A stretch of 41,424 bases of DNA from Chloroflexota bacterium (GCA_022570885.1 JACZYW010000001.1:1-41424); one strand, 5' to 3'; shown: positions 8,555 to 19,053, counted from the first letter of the stretch. The notes: generated by a model from the sequence alone, not told the origin. Translations and numbers: made by a program.

Positions 8555-8637
8555 CAAACCTGGTCGAAGGGGCGCCCGGACGCCACCCGGGTCGCCCCTT
8601 CGGCATTTAGGAGGAGCAGGAAGGAAGGATCCCCGCC

Positions 8638-11424
<2,787 letters not shown>

Positions 11425-11686
11425 GCGTTATGGTAGCTCGTCGAAATTGGTGCTGAAATTAACGTAATAAACCCCCACCATTCGGCGGAAAGGGAATAGG
11501 ATGGTGACGCCCGCCGGAGATGCCGACCGGTGGGAGCAAGGATGCCCCCCGATCGATCTCCGGCGGGCGCGATCCGTGCAGTTCCACATTGGGCATTAGG
11601 CCGTCGAAACCACCACCCCGCCACCAGCACCGACGGCCTGCCGCGAGAGGCGTCCCAACTTCCCCCGGGACGCCTCGTCGTCTCTG

Positions 11687-11815
11687 GTCATGCTGAGCAC
11701 TTCGCCCGCGTCATCCTGAGCCGTTCGGCTGAGCTCACGCCGAAGCCTGTCGAAGCATCCCGTTCGTGCTCCAGGCCCCACGCTTCCGGACAGACCTGAA
11801 GGTCTGTCCCTACGA
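11687..11815 (+). repeat. dispersed repeat, copy A (GTCATGCTGAGC head ... palindromic GGACAGACC-TGAA-GGTCTGTCC tail)
   Basis: Shares GTCATGCTGAGC, CTGTCGAAGCATC and GCTTCCGGACAGACCTGAAGG..TGTCCCTACGA with copy B. The head is internally duplicated (GTCATCCTGAGCC at 11710). Confidence 0.85.
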
Positions 11816-11885
11816 CGATGAAACAGCGCATACCGCCAACCTCGTAGGGACAAAGCTTTAGCTCTGTCCTCGGCTGTCGCCGCCT

Positions 11886-11967
11886 GTCATGCTGAGCCTG
11901 TCGAAGCATCTCGTTCGGATTTCCAGGCTTCGCGCTTCCGGACAGACCTGAAGGGGTGTCCCTACGA
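11886..11967 (+). repeat. dispersed repeat, copy B
   Basis: 82-bp compact version of copy A. A degenerate inverted copy of the palindromic tail (GTAGGGACAAAGCTTTAGCTCTGTCC) lies between A and B at about 11843-11868. Confidence 0.85.
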
Positions 11968-11996
11968 GGCTCTTGGCGTGCGGGGTGAATGTGCCG

Positions 11997-12272
11997 CTAG
12001 CGCAGCGACGGGGGTTGCCAGTGCCAACTGGGGGGCGAAGAGGGAGCGCCGTTGGCGCCTCCGCGGAGCCATCGCCGCGTCCGCTCGCGGAAGGGGGGCG
12101 ACGGCGCGACCGATAGGGGAAGGCTTGGGATCAGTCGAGCTACCTCTAACAGCGCCTCGAGCTCTGCTCGGTGAGCTGGGTAGCGCTCAAGGCAGGCCTG
12201 CACCTCGGTCTCGCCCTGCCGCAGCGCCTCCAGGCACTCGGCCAGCGCCCTGACGATCTCCTCCTCAGCCAT
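11997..12272 (-). CDS. short anti-sigma-factor-like protein (possibly truncated)
   Basis: Start at ATG 12272 overlaps the sigma gene stop by 8 nt. MAEEEIVRALAECLEALRQGETEVQACLERYPAHRAELEALLEVARL resembles the N-terminal helix pair found downstream of ECF sigmas. There is no TM or extracytoplasmic domain, and the tail is P/S-rich. Confidence 0.5.
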   Translation of the reverse strand: MAEEEIVRALAECLEALRQGETEVQACLERYPAHRAELEALLEVARLIPSLPLSVAPSPPFRERTRRWLRGGANGAPSSPPSWHWQPPSLR

Positions 12273-12852
12273 TGGCCGCCAACTCCGTCGCACCTTCGGC
12301 TTTCAGCTGCTTGCGCAGCGCGTTCAGCGCTCGGTGCTGGATGACGCGCACCGCCGCCACGCTCTTCCCAAGGATCTCCGCCACCTCGCGATACTCCAGG
12401 TCTTCCACAAAGCGCAGGATAATCACCTTGCGGTGCTCGTCTCGCAGCTTCAGGATCGCGTCGTGCACGCGTTCGCTGTTCAACCGCTGATCAAGAGCCG
12501 CCTCCGGATTTTGCAGGCGGCTGTGGTCTATCAGCGTCTCCGGAAGCTCCGCGTTCTGTTTTCGGGAGCGCAGGTAGCTCACGCCCAGGTTGTGGGCAAT
12601 GCGAAGCAGCCAGGAGACGAAGGGCGCGGCCCGCGGCTGATATCGAGGGATGGCTTGCCAAGCCTGGAGGAAGGCCTGCGCCGTGAGATCTTCCGCCTCG
12701 GCTGGGTTCCCTACCATATAGTAGATGTGACGATACACTCGCACCACATGCCGATCGTAGAGCGCGCCGAATGCCGCTTGGTCACGGGCGATAGCCCGCA
12801 GCACCAGGGTGCGCTCGTCTACTTCTTCCTGCGGGGCAATGGACTTGAGCAT
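12265..12852 (-). CDS. ECF-type RNA polymerase sigma-70 family factor
   Basis: Region 2 (YRHIYYMVGNPAEAEDLTAQAFLQAW) and region 4 HTH (YREVAEILGKSVAAVRVIQHRALNALR). Start chosen at ATG 12852; the track ORF opens at 12930. Confidence 0.9.
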   Translation of the reverse strand: MLKSIAPQEEVDERTLVLRAIARDQAAFGALYDRHVVRVYRHIYYMVGNPAEAEDLTAQAFLQAWQAIPRYQPRAAPFVSWLLRIAHNLGVSYLRSRKQNAELPETLIDHSRLQNPEAALDQRLNSERVHDAILKLRDEHRKVIILRFVEDLEYREVAEILGKSVAAVRVIQHRALNALRKQLKAEGATELAANG

Positions 12853-12871
12853 TGTCCTACTCGATCTTCGA

Positions 12872-12897
12872 AACGGGATGGCCCGGCAAACGTTACC
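12872..12897 (-). promoter_or_regulatory. candidate ECF-type (autoregulatory) promoter
   Basis: The minus strand reads GGTAAC-N16-CGTTT, ending about 20 nt upstream of the sigma ATG. This matches the generic ECF pattern G(G/T)AAC-N16/17-CGT. Confidence 0.3.
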
Positions 12898-12985
12898 GGC
12901 CTCGCTCAGGAGACTGCCTAAGCTGTGCAAAAGCCTTCTATATCGTTAGGATCGGCAGATTCGGAGGCGAACGAGAGGGGTGTCC

Positions 12986-15175
12986 TTATGCCGCGGGCTC
13001 TGCTGCCTCAGCCGGCTTAGAGCCGCCGTCTCCCTGATCGTCGCTCTCTGCCGGAGCTTCGTCCGACGGTTGCTCGTAGGAGTCACGGAGAATGTTGGGG
13101 ATCTGCTCCTGGTCCGAGCCTTCTGCTGCAGCCACCGTCTCCGTAGCGTCCAACTCGAACAGAAACGTCCAGGAGCCGACCGTGAACGTCTCGCCGGAAT
13201 CCAGGATCAGCCAGCTACCGGGCATCGACCCGCTGGTGCTCAACCGTTGCAGCTCGTGCACCATGAGCTTTCCATCTCGGACCCAGACTCTCGCCCACTC
13301 CGGAACGATCTCCTCGTCTCCATCTTTCTCGGGAAGCTTGATGAGACAGCGATAGCCGGAGCCGATGCTGGCGGCCGCGTCGCTCACCGGGAACGCCTGG
13401 CCCTGGAGCGAGCCGCTGGTGACCATCAGGCGGCCCAGCGGCTTGTTGGTGAGGACCGGCGTCGCCGGCGGCGGTTCGTCGCCCCAAAGCGGCCGAGGCG
13501 TAGGATTCTTGTTCCATCCGCCTGTGACGATGGGCCCGGGCGACGGGCCTTGTGGCGCATCCGGGTCGGGCTCTCCCTCGTCGCTGCGCCGCCGCCGCAG
13601 CAGGTAGCGCACGAAGAGCGCCCCGCCCACGCCCGCGACCACGATCAGCCCGGCCGCGATGAGAAGGCTTAGGCTCATCGTCTCGCCTTCGCTCGTGCGC
13701 ACCGTTACCGCGGCCGTGGCTGTTAAGCCGGCGTCGGTGACAACCTCAACTTGGAGCGTGTGCTCTCCACCCGCTGAGGAGGCTGGGTCGAAGCTGAACT
13801 CGTAAGGTGGCTCGGTGAGCTCTAGCACGGACTCGCCGTCCACCAGGAAGGTGACGCTGCTGATGGGATCGAGCGATTCGATCTCGGCGGTCACGGTGCG
13901 CGTTTCAGTGAGCTGCTCGTCGGAGGTCACGCCGCTTAATGTGACCGACGGTGCGGCTGGCGGGCCGGTGCGCACCAGCACCGCCGTTGACGTTGCCGTC
14001 CGCCCGGTGGTGGTGGCCACCGTTACCTGGAGCGAGTGCTCGCCGTCGCTGACGAGCGCCGGGTCGAACGTGAACTGGTAGGGCGGCTCAGTGAGCTGTA
14101 GCACCGCTTCGCCGTTCACTAGGAAGGTGACGCTGCTGATGGGATCGGCCGAGACGATCTGGGCGATCACGATGCGCGCGCCCTCTAGCCGCTCGCCTGG
14201 CTCCACCGCGCTCAGCGTCACGATCGGCCCCCGGGGCTCGAACGTGCGCTCGCCACTGCCCGTCAGCTCGCCTGTGGTCACGTCCACGCGGAGGGTGACC
14301 GCCTGCGATTCGTCCAGGGTGATCCCGGTCGTGTCTAGCGTGAGGATGTACTGGCCTCGCAGCAGCTCAGCCGCTTCCGCATAGAGCTGGGCCAGCCCCT
14401 GCGGCGATGGTGTCTCTGCGAACCGGCCGCCGCTTCCCTGGGCCAGCTCCTGAAGGTACGCGCGGTCGATGCCAGTACCGAGCCCGATGGCGAACACCGG
14501 CACGCCCAGCGTCTGAGCTGTCGTGAGGGCGTCGGCGCGCGAGAGCAGACTGCCGTCGTCGACGCCGTCGGTCAACAGCACCACCGTCAGGCGGCTGTTG
14601 CCGGAGTCGGCCGCCAGCCGGACGCTCGCGACCGTCGCGTCGTATAGCGCTGTATTGCCGCTCGCGACGAGGCCATCGATCGCAGCGCCTGCCGCTGCTC
14701 TGTCCGTCGTGAACGCCAAGAGCGGCGCCACAGTATCGGCGAAGGCGACGATAGCGACGGTGTCCTGTGGCCCAAGGTCGTCCAGGAAGCGATGGGCGGC
14801 TGTCTTCGCCTGGGTCAAGGCGCCACCGGCCATGCTGCCGCTTACGTCCAGCGCCAGCACGACGGCGATGCCCAAGCTGCTGTCTACGCCGCGGGTGACC
14901 GCGCTTACCGGCACGGCGGCGCCGTTGAGGTTGGCCTGGAACTGCTCAGCCGTTAGGTCGGCCAGCGGGCGGCCGTCGCTCGCCAGCACCGTCACCACCG
15001 CTTGCGCCTGCGAAGATTCGTCTGTGGTGAAGCTGGCCACCTCTACCGTCAGCGTCTCTTCCTGCGCGAGCCCGGCTACCGGCGAAAGCAACAGCGTCGC
15101 TAAGGCCAGGAGCAGCCATATCAGGTGGCTCCAGCGCAGACGTGACTTCAGTTCACGCTGCCGTCGATGTAACAC
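12986..15175 (-). CDS. secreted vWA domain - 2x Ig-like repeat - TM - cytoplasmic FHA domain protein
   Basis: 729 aa, GTG start with SD GGAGGG. Signal peptide LIWLLLALATLLLSPVAGLAQE. vWA MIDAS motif LALDVSGSM. Two roughly 90-aa paralogous repeats (...DPISSVTFLV(N/D)GE(A/S)VL(Q/E)LTEPPY(Q/E)F(T/S)FDP...). TM LLIAAGLIVVAGVGGALFV + RYLLRRRR. FHA-like C-terminus (LGRLMV..G...G..F.....SIGSG..C.I.L....VS..HA-like pattern). Confidence 0.85.
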   Translation of the reverse strand: MLHRRQRELKSRLRWSHLIWLLLALATLLLSPVAGLAQEETLTVEVASFTTDESSQAQAVVTVLASDGRPLADLTAEQFQANLNGAAVPVSAVTRGVDSSLGIAVVLALDVSGSMAGGALTQAKTAAHRFLDDLGPQDTVAIVAFADTVAPLLAFTTDRAAAGAAIDGLVASGNTALYDATVASVRLAADSGNSRLTVVLLTDGVDDGSLLSRADALTTAQTLGVPVFAIGLGTGIDRAYLQELAQGSGGRFAETPSPQGLAQLYAEAAELLRGQYILTLDTTGITLDESQAVTLRVDVTTGELTGSGERTFEPRGPIVTLSAVEPGERLEGARIVIAQIVSADPISSVTFLVNGEAVLQLTEPPYQFTFDPALVSDGEHSLQVTVATTTGRTATSTAVLVRTGPPAAPSVTLSGVTSDEQLTETRTVTAEIESLDPISSVTFLVDGESVLELTEPPYEFSFDPASSAGGEHTLQVEVVTDAGLTATAAVTVRTSEGETMSLSLLIAAGLIVVAGVGGALFVRYLLRRRRSDEGEPDPDAPQGPSPGPIVTGGWNKNPTPRPLWGDEPPPATPVLTNKPLGRLMVTSGSLQGQAFPVSDAAASIGSGYRCLIKLPEKDGDEEIVPEWARVWVRDGKLMVHELQRLSTSGSMPGSWLILDSGETFTVGSWTFLFELDATETVAAAEGSDQEQIPNILRDSYEQPSDEAPAESDDQGDGGSKPAEAAEPAA

Positions 15176-15219
15176 CGCGGCTCACCCTCCGTTTGATCCA
15201 TAGAACCAGGCGATCGTGC

Positions 15220-15248
15220 TTGACATATCGTGGAAGCTGTGACACAAT
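15220..15248 (+). promoter_or_regulatory. candidate sigma-70 promoter far upstream of ORF 15705
   Basis: TTGACA (15220-15225), 17 nt, CACAAT (15243-15248). It would give a roughly 450-nt leader. Confidence 0.35.
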
Positions 15249-15562
15249 ACGGCGCGATCAGCATGGCGCAGTACGATCCGTTCGCGGCTCGCTTTCGGAT
15301 CAGATACTCAAGTGTAGTATCGGACGGACGAGCGTACTGTTCAGGGCAAGGACGTCCCAGCGGAAGGATCGCTGTCGGGCAGCAGGAGGCGGGCCTGGGA
15401 GCGTAGGGGTGCTCCTTGTAGGAATCCCCACCTTAACTAAGCGATCTACAGCTGTTCCCTTCGGGGGGAGTTGAGATCGGGCTACGGGCCCAGGGGACGC
15501 GCGTTCAGGAGGCGGGGCCTGATTAGCGTCCCCTGGTTCCCACCCATGACAACAGAAGAGTG

Positions 15563-15684
15563 CCTCCGATAAAGGCGCGGCGCGGGAAACCGCGTTTGGC
15601 CGAAAGGCCCCCGGCGATTCGTCCGGGCGCAAAGCTTCGGGTCTACTCCCCGCGAGGGGAACGACAGCCGAGCTGCCGAAGAGG
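15563..15684 (+). promoter_or_regulatory. divergent GEMM (c-di-GMP-I)-like riboswitch candidate
   Basis: The 3' half CGCAAAGCUUCGGGUC-...-GACAGCCGAGCUGCCGAAG matches the 7210-7303 element (ACGCAAAGCCACGGGUCC-...-GGACAGCCGGGCUGCCGGA), including the AG bulge and compensatory helix changes. Both share the 5' CUCCGA. The first helix is replaced by three hairpins, two with GAAA loops. CCGAA (15676-80) can alternatively pair with UUCGG (15690-94), which overlaps the SD GGAGG. Confidence 0.5.
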
Positions 15685-15704
15685 AACCGTTCGGAGGATC
15701 TTCG

Positions 15705-16040
15705 ATGAAGCGGACATTAGCACGAGCCAGCTGCGCCGGTCTCCTGGCTGTTCTTCTCTCCACAGGCACTGGACTTGTCATCCTCGGGTTCGCGTTCGTC
15801 CCCACGAGCGAGACCACCAGCGTCTCCCTGGCGGCGACAGCGACTCCCACCTACGTCTCTGAGTTAGCGCCGGCTGTGGTGGTGCAGCCGCGCCAGGCCG
15901 CTGCCCTGCCCGATTCCGGCGCCGGCCCGAACCTCGGCGCGGCCAACCCGCTGCCCCGGGCGGCCGGCTTTGCGCTCTTGCTGCTGGGCGGCCTGCTGAT
16001 ACGTACTGGCCTCGCCTGGCGCTCCAGCACGAACCGCTAG
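15705..16040 (+). CDS. small secreted protein with an LPxTG-like (LPDSG) C-terminal signal
   Basis: 111 aa. SD GGAGG is 7 nt upstream. Signal peptide LARASCAGLLAVLLSTGTGLVILGFA. The C-terminus is LPDSGAG...FALLLLGGLLI + RTGLAWRSSTNR. Confidence 0.6.
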   Translation: MKRTLARASCAGLLAVLLSTGTGLVILGFAFVPTSETTSVSLAATATPTYVSELAPAVVVQPRQAAALPDSGAGPNLGAANPLPRAAGFALLLLGGLLIRTGLAWRSSTNR

Positions 16041-16118
16041 CGTCACACGTTTTCAGCCACCTCGACTCTTTGCCGATACTCCCCATGAAGCCGCCGTAAG
16101 GCGGCGCGGGAGGTCTGC

Positions 16119-16562
16119 GTGTCCAATCCCATCAGCCGTCTGGTCGAGCGTCGCTCGCTCCAGGCCGATGTCCGCCGAGCTCTCATGTCTGGCGTTGGCC
16201 TCTATCACACCACCTGGCCCTTCGAGAATAGCGCGGCAGCCGAGGCGAGCGAGGAGCTCACCGCGCAGCTAGTCGGCTGGTGCAGGGAGGTGCTGGGCGA
16301 AACGCGCCGGCCGTATGGGTTGGATTACGTGACGCTGGCGGTGGGGCTGCTCCGCGAAGGGGAGGGCCAGGTAGCGAGCGTCAACTTCGGCGTGCTCCGC
16401 CCCAGCGATTTCTACAACCAAAGCTTCGTGGAGGAGCAGGTACGGGAGACGCTGTGCTCCTGGTCTCGCTTTCCCACCATCGCCGGCGAGAGCGCCGGCA
16501 GCCTGTCCGTGGTGCTCTTTAGTTGGGGCGACCTGACCCGAGAGCTGCTCTTGGCGAGCTAA
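16119..16562 (+). CDS. hypothetical protein
   Basis: 147 aa, GTG start with SD GGGAGG. It ends 12 nt before the AAA+ gene. No recognisable motif. Confidence 0.55.
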   Translation: MSNPISRLVERRSLQADVRRALMSGVGLYHTTWPFENSAAAEASEELTAQLVGWCREVLGETRRPYGLDYVTLAVGLLREGEGQVASVNFGVLRPSDFYNQSFVEEQVRETLCSWSRFPTIAGESAGSLSVVLFSWGDLTRELLLAS

Positions 16563-16574
16563 GGAGGTTACACC

Positions 16575-17936
16575 ATGACCACAGAGACGACGCCCTCTAT
16601 CACGCGAGACGAGCCCGCTGAGCCCGACACCCCCACCGGCGCCTTCGTGCCCCAGCCGAGGAGCATCGAGGAGACGGGGCTGGAGCTCTCGCTCCTGGTT
16701 GACCTGGCGCTGAAGTCCATCCACTTCAGCGGCCGGCCTACCGGACGCCAGTTGGGCGAGCATCTCGCCTTGGCCTTCCCGGTGATCGAGGAGATCGTCG
16801 CGTTTCTCCGCCAAGAGCAGGCCATCGAGGTCGTCGGCAGTTCAGGCATTGGAGAGCAGGCGTATCAGTATGCACTATCGAAGCGGGGCACGGAGAAGGC
16901 GGAGGAGGCCTTGGGGCGCAATCAGTACGTCGGGCCGGCGCCGGTCCCCCTCTCGCTCTATACCGATGTCTTGCAGCACCAGTCCGTGCGCGATGTCCAC
17001 ATCGACCGTCAAACGTTCCTCGATGGGGTCTCGCACCTAGTCTTGAGTCGAAACGTGCTGGCTGCGTTGGGCCCGGCGGCTAACACCGGCCGCTCTGTGC
17101 TCATTTACGGCAACTCCGGCAACGGCAAGAGCAGCCTCGCCCTCGCTATCGCCGGCATGATGCCAGGCGCAGTGCTGATCCCGTACGCGGTAGAGGTGCA
17201 TGGGCAGATCATCAAGGTGTTCGATCCGCGCATGCACGAACCGGCGAAGCCGCAGGTGGCGGAGGAACGCCGGCAGACCGCCGCCTCGCCACCTGCTGGG
17301 CGGGAACGCCGCCAGGACCGGCGCTGGGTGGTGGCGAAGCGCCCGATGATTCGGGTGGGCGGCGAGCTGACGCTCCAGGATTTGGAGCTGCGGTATTCGG
17401 AGCTTTCCAAGTTCTACATCGCGCCGTTGCAGTGGAAGGCGAACAGCGGTGTGCTCATCATCGATGACTTTGGCCGGCAGCTGGTGCAGCCGAGAGAGCT
17501 GCTCAACCGCTGGATCGTGCCGATGGAGCAGGGGGTGGATCGCCTCTCGCTCCACACCGGCGATACGTTGGACTTGCCCTTCGAGGTCTTGCTCATCTTC
17601 TCGACGAACATCCCGCCGGCGAAGCTGGGCGACGAGGCGTTCTTCCGTCGCATCCGGCACAAGGTAGAGGTCCCCAACCCTACCCGAGAGGAGTATCTGG
17701 CGATCCTGGTTCGGGTCTGCGAGGAGCAGGGCGTTGCGCACACGGAGGAAGGCGCGCGTTACCTGGTTGAGGCCTACTATGATCAGACTGACCGTGAATT
17801 CAAGGGCTGCCATCCCCGAGACCTGGTGGAGCTCCTGATCGATATCACCAACTTCTACGGCGAGGAGCCGGAGCTGACGCCGGAGTGGATCGACCTGGCC
17901 TGCTCCTCCTACTTCGTCGAGGCTGAGGCTGCCTAG
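16575..17936 (+). CDS. AAA+ ATPase with an N-terminal winged-helix-like domain
   Basis: 453 aa with strong SD AAGGAGG. Walker A is LIYGNSGNGKSS and Walker B is VLIIDDFG. NRWIVPMEQGVDRLSLHTGDTLDLPFEVLLIFSTN...DEAFFRRI follows an AAA_5/MoxR-like layout. Confidence 0.85.
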   Translation: MTTETTPSITRDEPAEPDTPTGAFVPQPRSIEETGLELSLLVDLALKSIHFSGRPTGRQLGEHLALAFPVIEEIVAFLRQEQAIEVVGSSGIGEQAYQYALSKRGTEKAEEALGRNQYVGPAPVPLSLYTDVLQHQSVRDVHIDRQTFLDGVSHLVLSRNVLAALGPAANTGRSVLIYGNSGNGKSSLALAIAGMMPGAVLIPYAVEVHGQIIKVFDPRMHEPAKPQVAEERRQTAASPPAGRERRQDRRWVVAKRPMIRVGGELTLQDLELRYSELSKFYIAPLQWKANSGVLIIDDFGRQLVQPRELLNRWIVPMEQGVDRLSLHTGDTLDLPFEVLLIFSTNIPPAKLGDEAFFRRIRHKVEVPNPTREEYLAILVRVCEEQGVAHTEEGARYLVEAYYDQTDREFKGCHPRDLVELLIDITNFYGEEPELTPEWIDLACSSYFVEAEAA

Positions 17937-17960
17937 GCGTCCGACGCGCTTCTGATACCA

Positions 17961-18050
17961 AGAGGCTCCCGGCCGTTCGGCCGGGAGCCTCTCTCTTCGC
18001 TGCGGTGCTACTCCGCCTCTACGGCGGCCCGACGAAGACCATGGTGAAGT
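17961..18050. repeat. 90-bp perfect direct repeat, left copy (contains terminator hairpin)
   Basis: Identical to 19054-19143. Includes a 14-bp stem AGAGGCTCCCGGCC-GTTC-GGCCGGGAGCCTCT (17961-17992) and a copy of the last 32 nt of the CAP gene. Confidence 0.97.
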
Positions 18051-18083
18051 TATCCCTTCGATAGCGCCCCGTTTACGTTTGAG

Positions 18084-18779
18084 GTGAGAGTGGCGGCGTA
18101 TGGTACACTTGTTCTCAAAGCGAGCGAAGGTGCTAGTGTGGATGCGGCACCCATCATAGGCATAACCGGAATCGCGCTGACCGTGCTAGCCATGGGGTTA
18201 GGCTATAGCAAGCTGGAACTTAGTCACCCCTGGCTAGTCACTATGACACTCCTTGAACTTGGAGTATTGGTTGCGAGCGTTGTGCTAATGGGACCTCTAA
18301 TCGGCTCACTCATCGCTTTCTCTGTGGTCAGTGGGTTGATCCTCATCACCTCGATAAGGCTGGCGGTCCAGTACGACGAAGTGGCCACAGACGCGGCAAT
18401 CCATTGGCGGATGGATCGAGACAAGAGCAAAAATTTCATGAGAAGCCTGGTTCGATCCGAAGGCAAGCATTTTCAAGTTCTCGGGCTCTTGGGATCCGCA
18501 CGGCTGGCTGCTGCGCTGGCTAAATGCGCTCGGAGCCCTGAGGAAATCACGCTGATGGCGAAGCCCATAGCAATGCTCGGGGCGGTCTTTCACGAAAATC
18601 CGGTAGCTCTTGCACCTCGATTCGACCGGCTGATGAGGCGTTTTGGAGAGCCTCCGGAACGAGCCATGCATATGGCCGATGTCTTGACTAGAGCATCCCA
18701 GCTCACGCCGGGCTCGTTCGAGGAAGTGATGAAAGGCCTAGAGGCATTCGTCGGCACGAGCGATGAGCCTACTGAATAG
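18084..18779 (+). CDS. hypothetical membrane protein (3 predicted TM helices + helical C-terminal domain)
   Basis: 231 aa. TM segments are IIGITGIALTVLAMGLG, LVTMTLLELGVLVASVVLMG and LIGSLIAFSVVSGLILITSI. Codon usage is less GC-biased than in neighbouring genes. Confidence 0.55.
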   Translation: MRVAAYGTLVLKASEGASVDAAPIIGITGIALTVLAMGLGYSKLELSHPWLVTMTLLELGVLVASVVLMGPLIGSLIAFSVVSGLILITSIRLAVQYDEVATDAAIHWRMDRDKSKNFMRSLVRSEGKHFQVLGLLGSARLAAALAKCARSPEEITLMAKPIAMLGAVFHENPVALAPRFDRLMRRFGEPPERAMHMADVLTRASQLTPGSFEEVMKGLEAFVGTSDEPTE

Positions 18780-19053
18780 TTAGGGTCACCGGGGAGCGTC
18801 GTCCCCGACGACTTCGAGACCATCACTGAAGCAGTGGGCTTCCCGGTAGGGGGTAGTAAGGTCCTCTACGAAGCTGGGCTGATTCTCCTACGGTTGGCGC
18901 TATCGTCTACCAGGCCTCGCTACCCAGTAGATGCGCGCCGGGCAAAACTGGCCGCCAACCCTGGTCCGACTTCAGCCCGTACACTTCCTCGCCCGTGCCG
19001 CACAAACCGGCGGTCGCGGAGCCACAAGTAGAATACGCGGAGGACGATACGAG

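Noticed and set aside
15200-15700. RNase P RNA, tmRNA, SRP RNA, cobalamin or TPP riboswitch in the 530-nt gap.
   Set aside because: On neither strand did I find the hallmark strings: GAGGAAAGUCCGGGC for RNase P, a tmRNA tag reading frame with a 3' tRNA-like UCCACCA end, the SRP GGAA/AGCA loop context, the B12 box GCCACUG, or the TPP CUGAGA. Only GEMM-like blocks were found.
18780-19053. Short ORFs in the non-coding tail of the islet (18834-19031, 18931-19140, 18995-19180).
   Set aside because: They overlap one another, have no SD and show no recognisable motif. I also looked for integrase or transposase remnants on both strands and recognised none.
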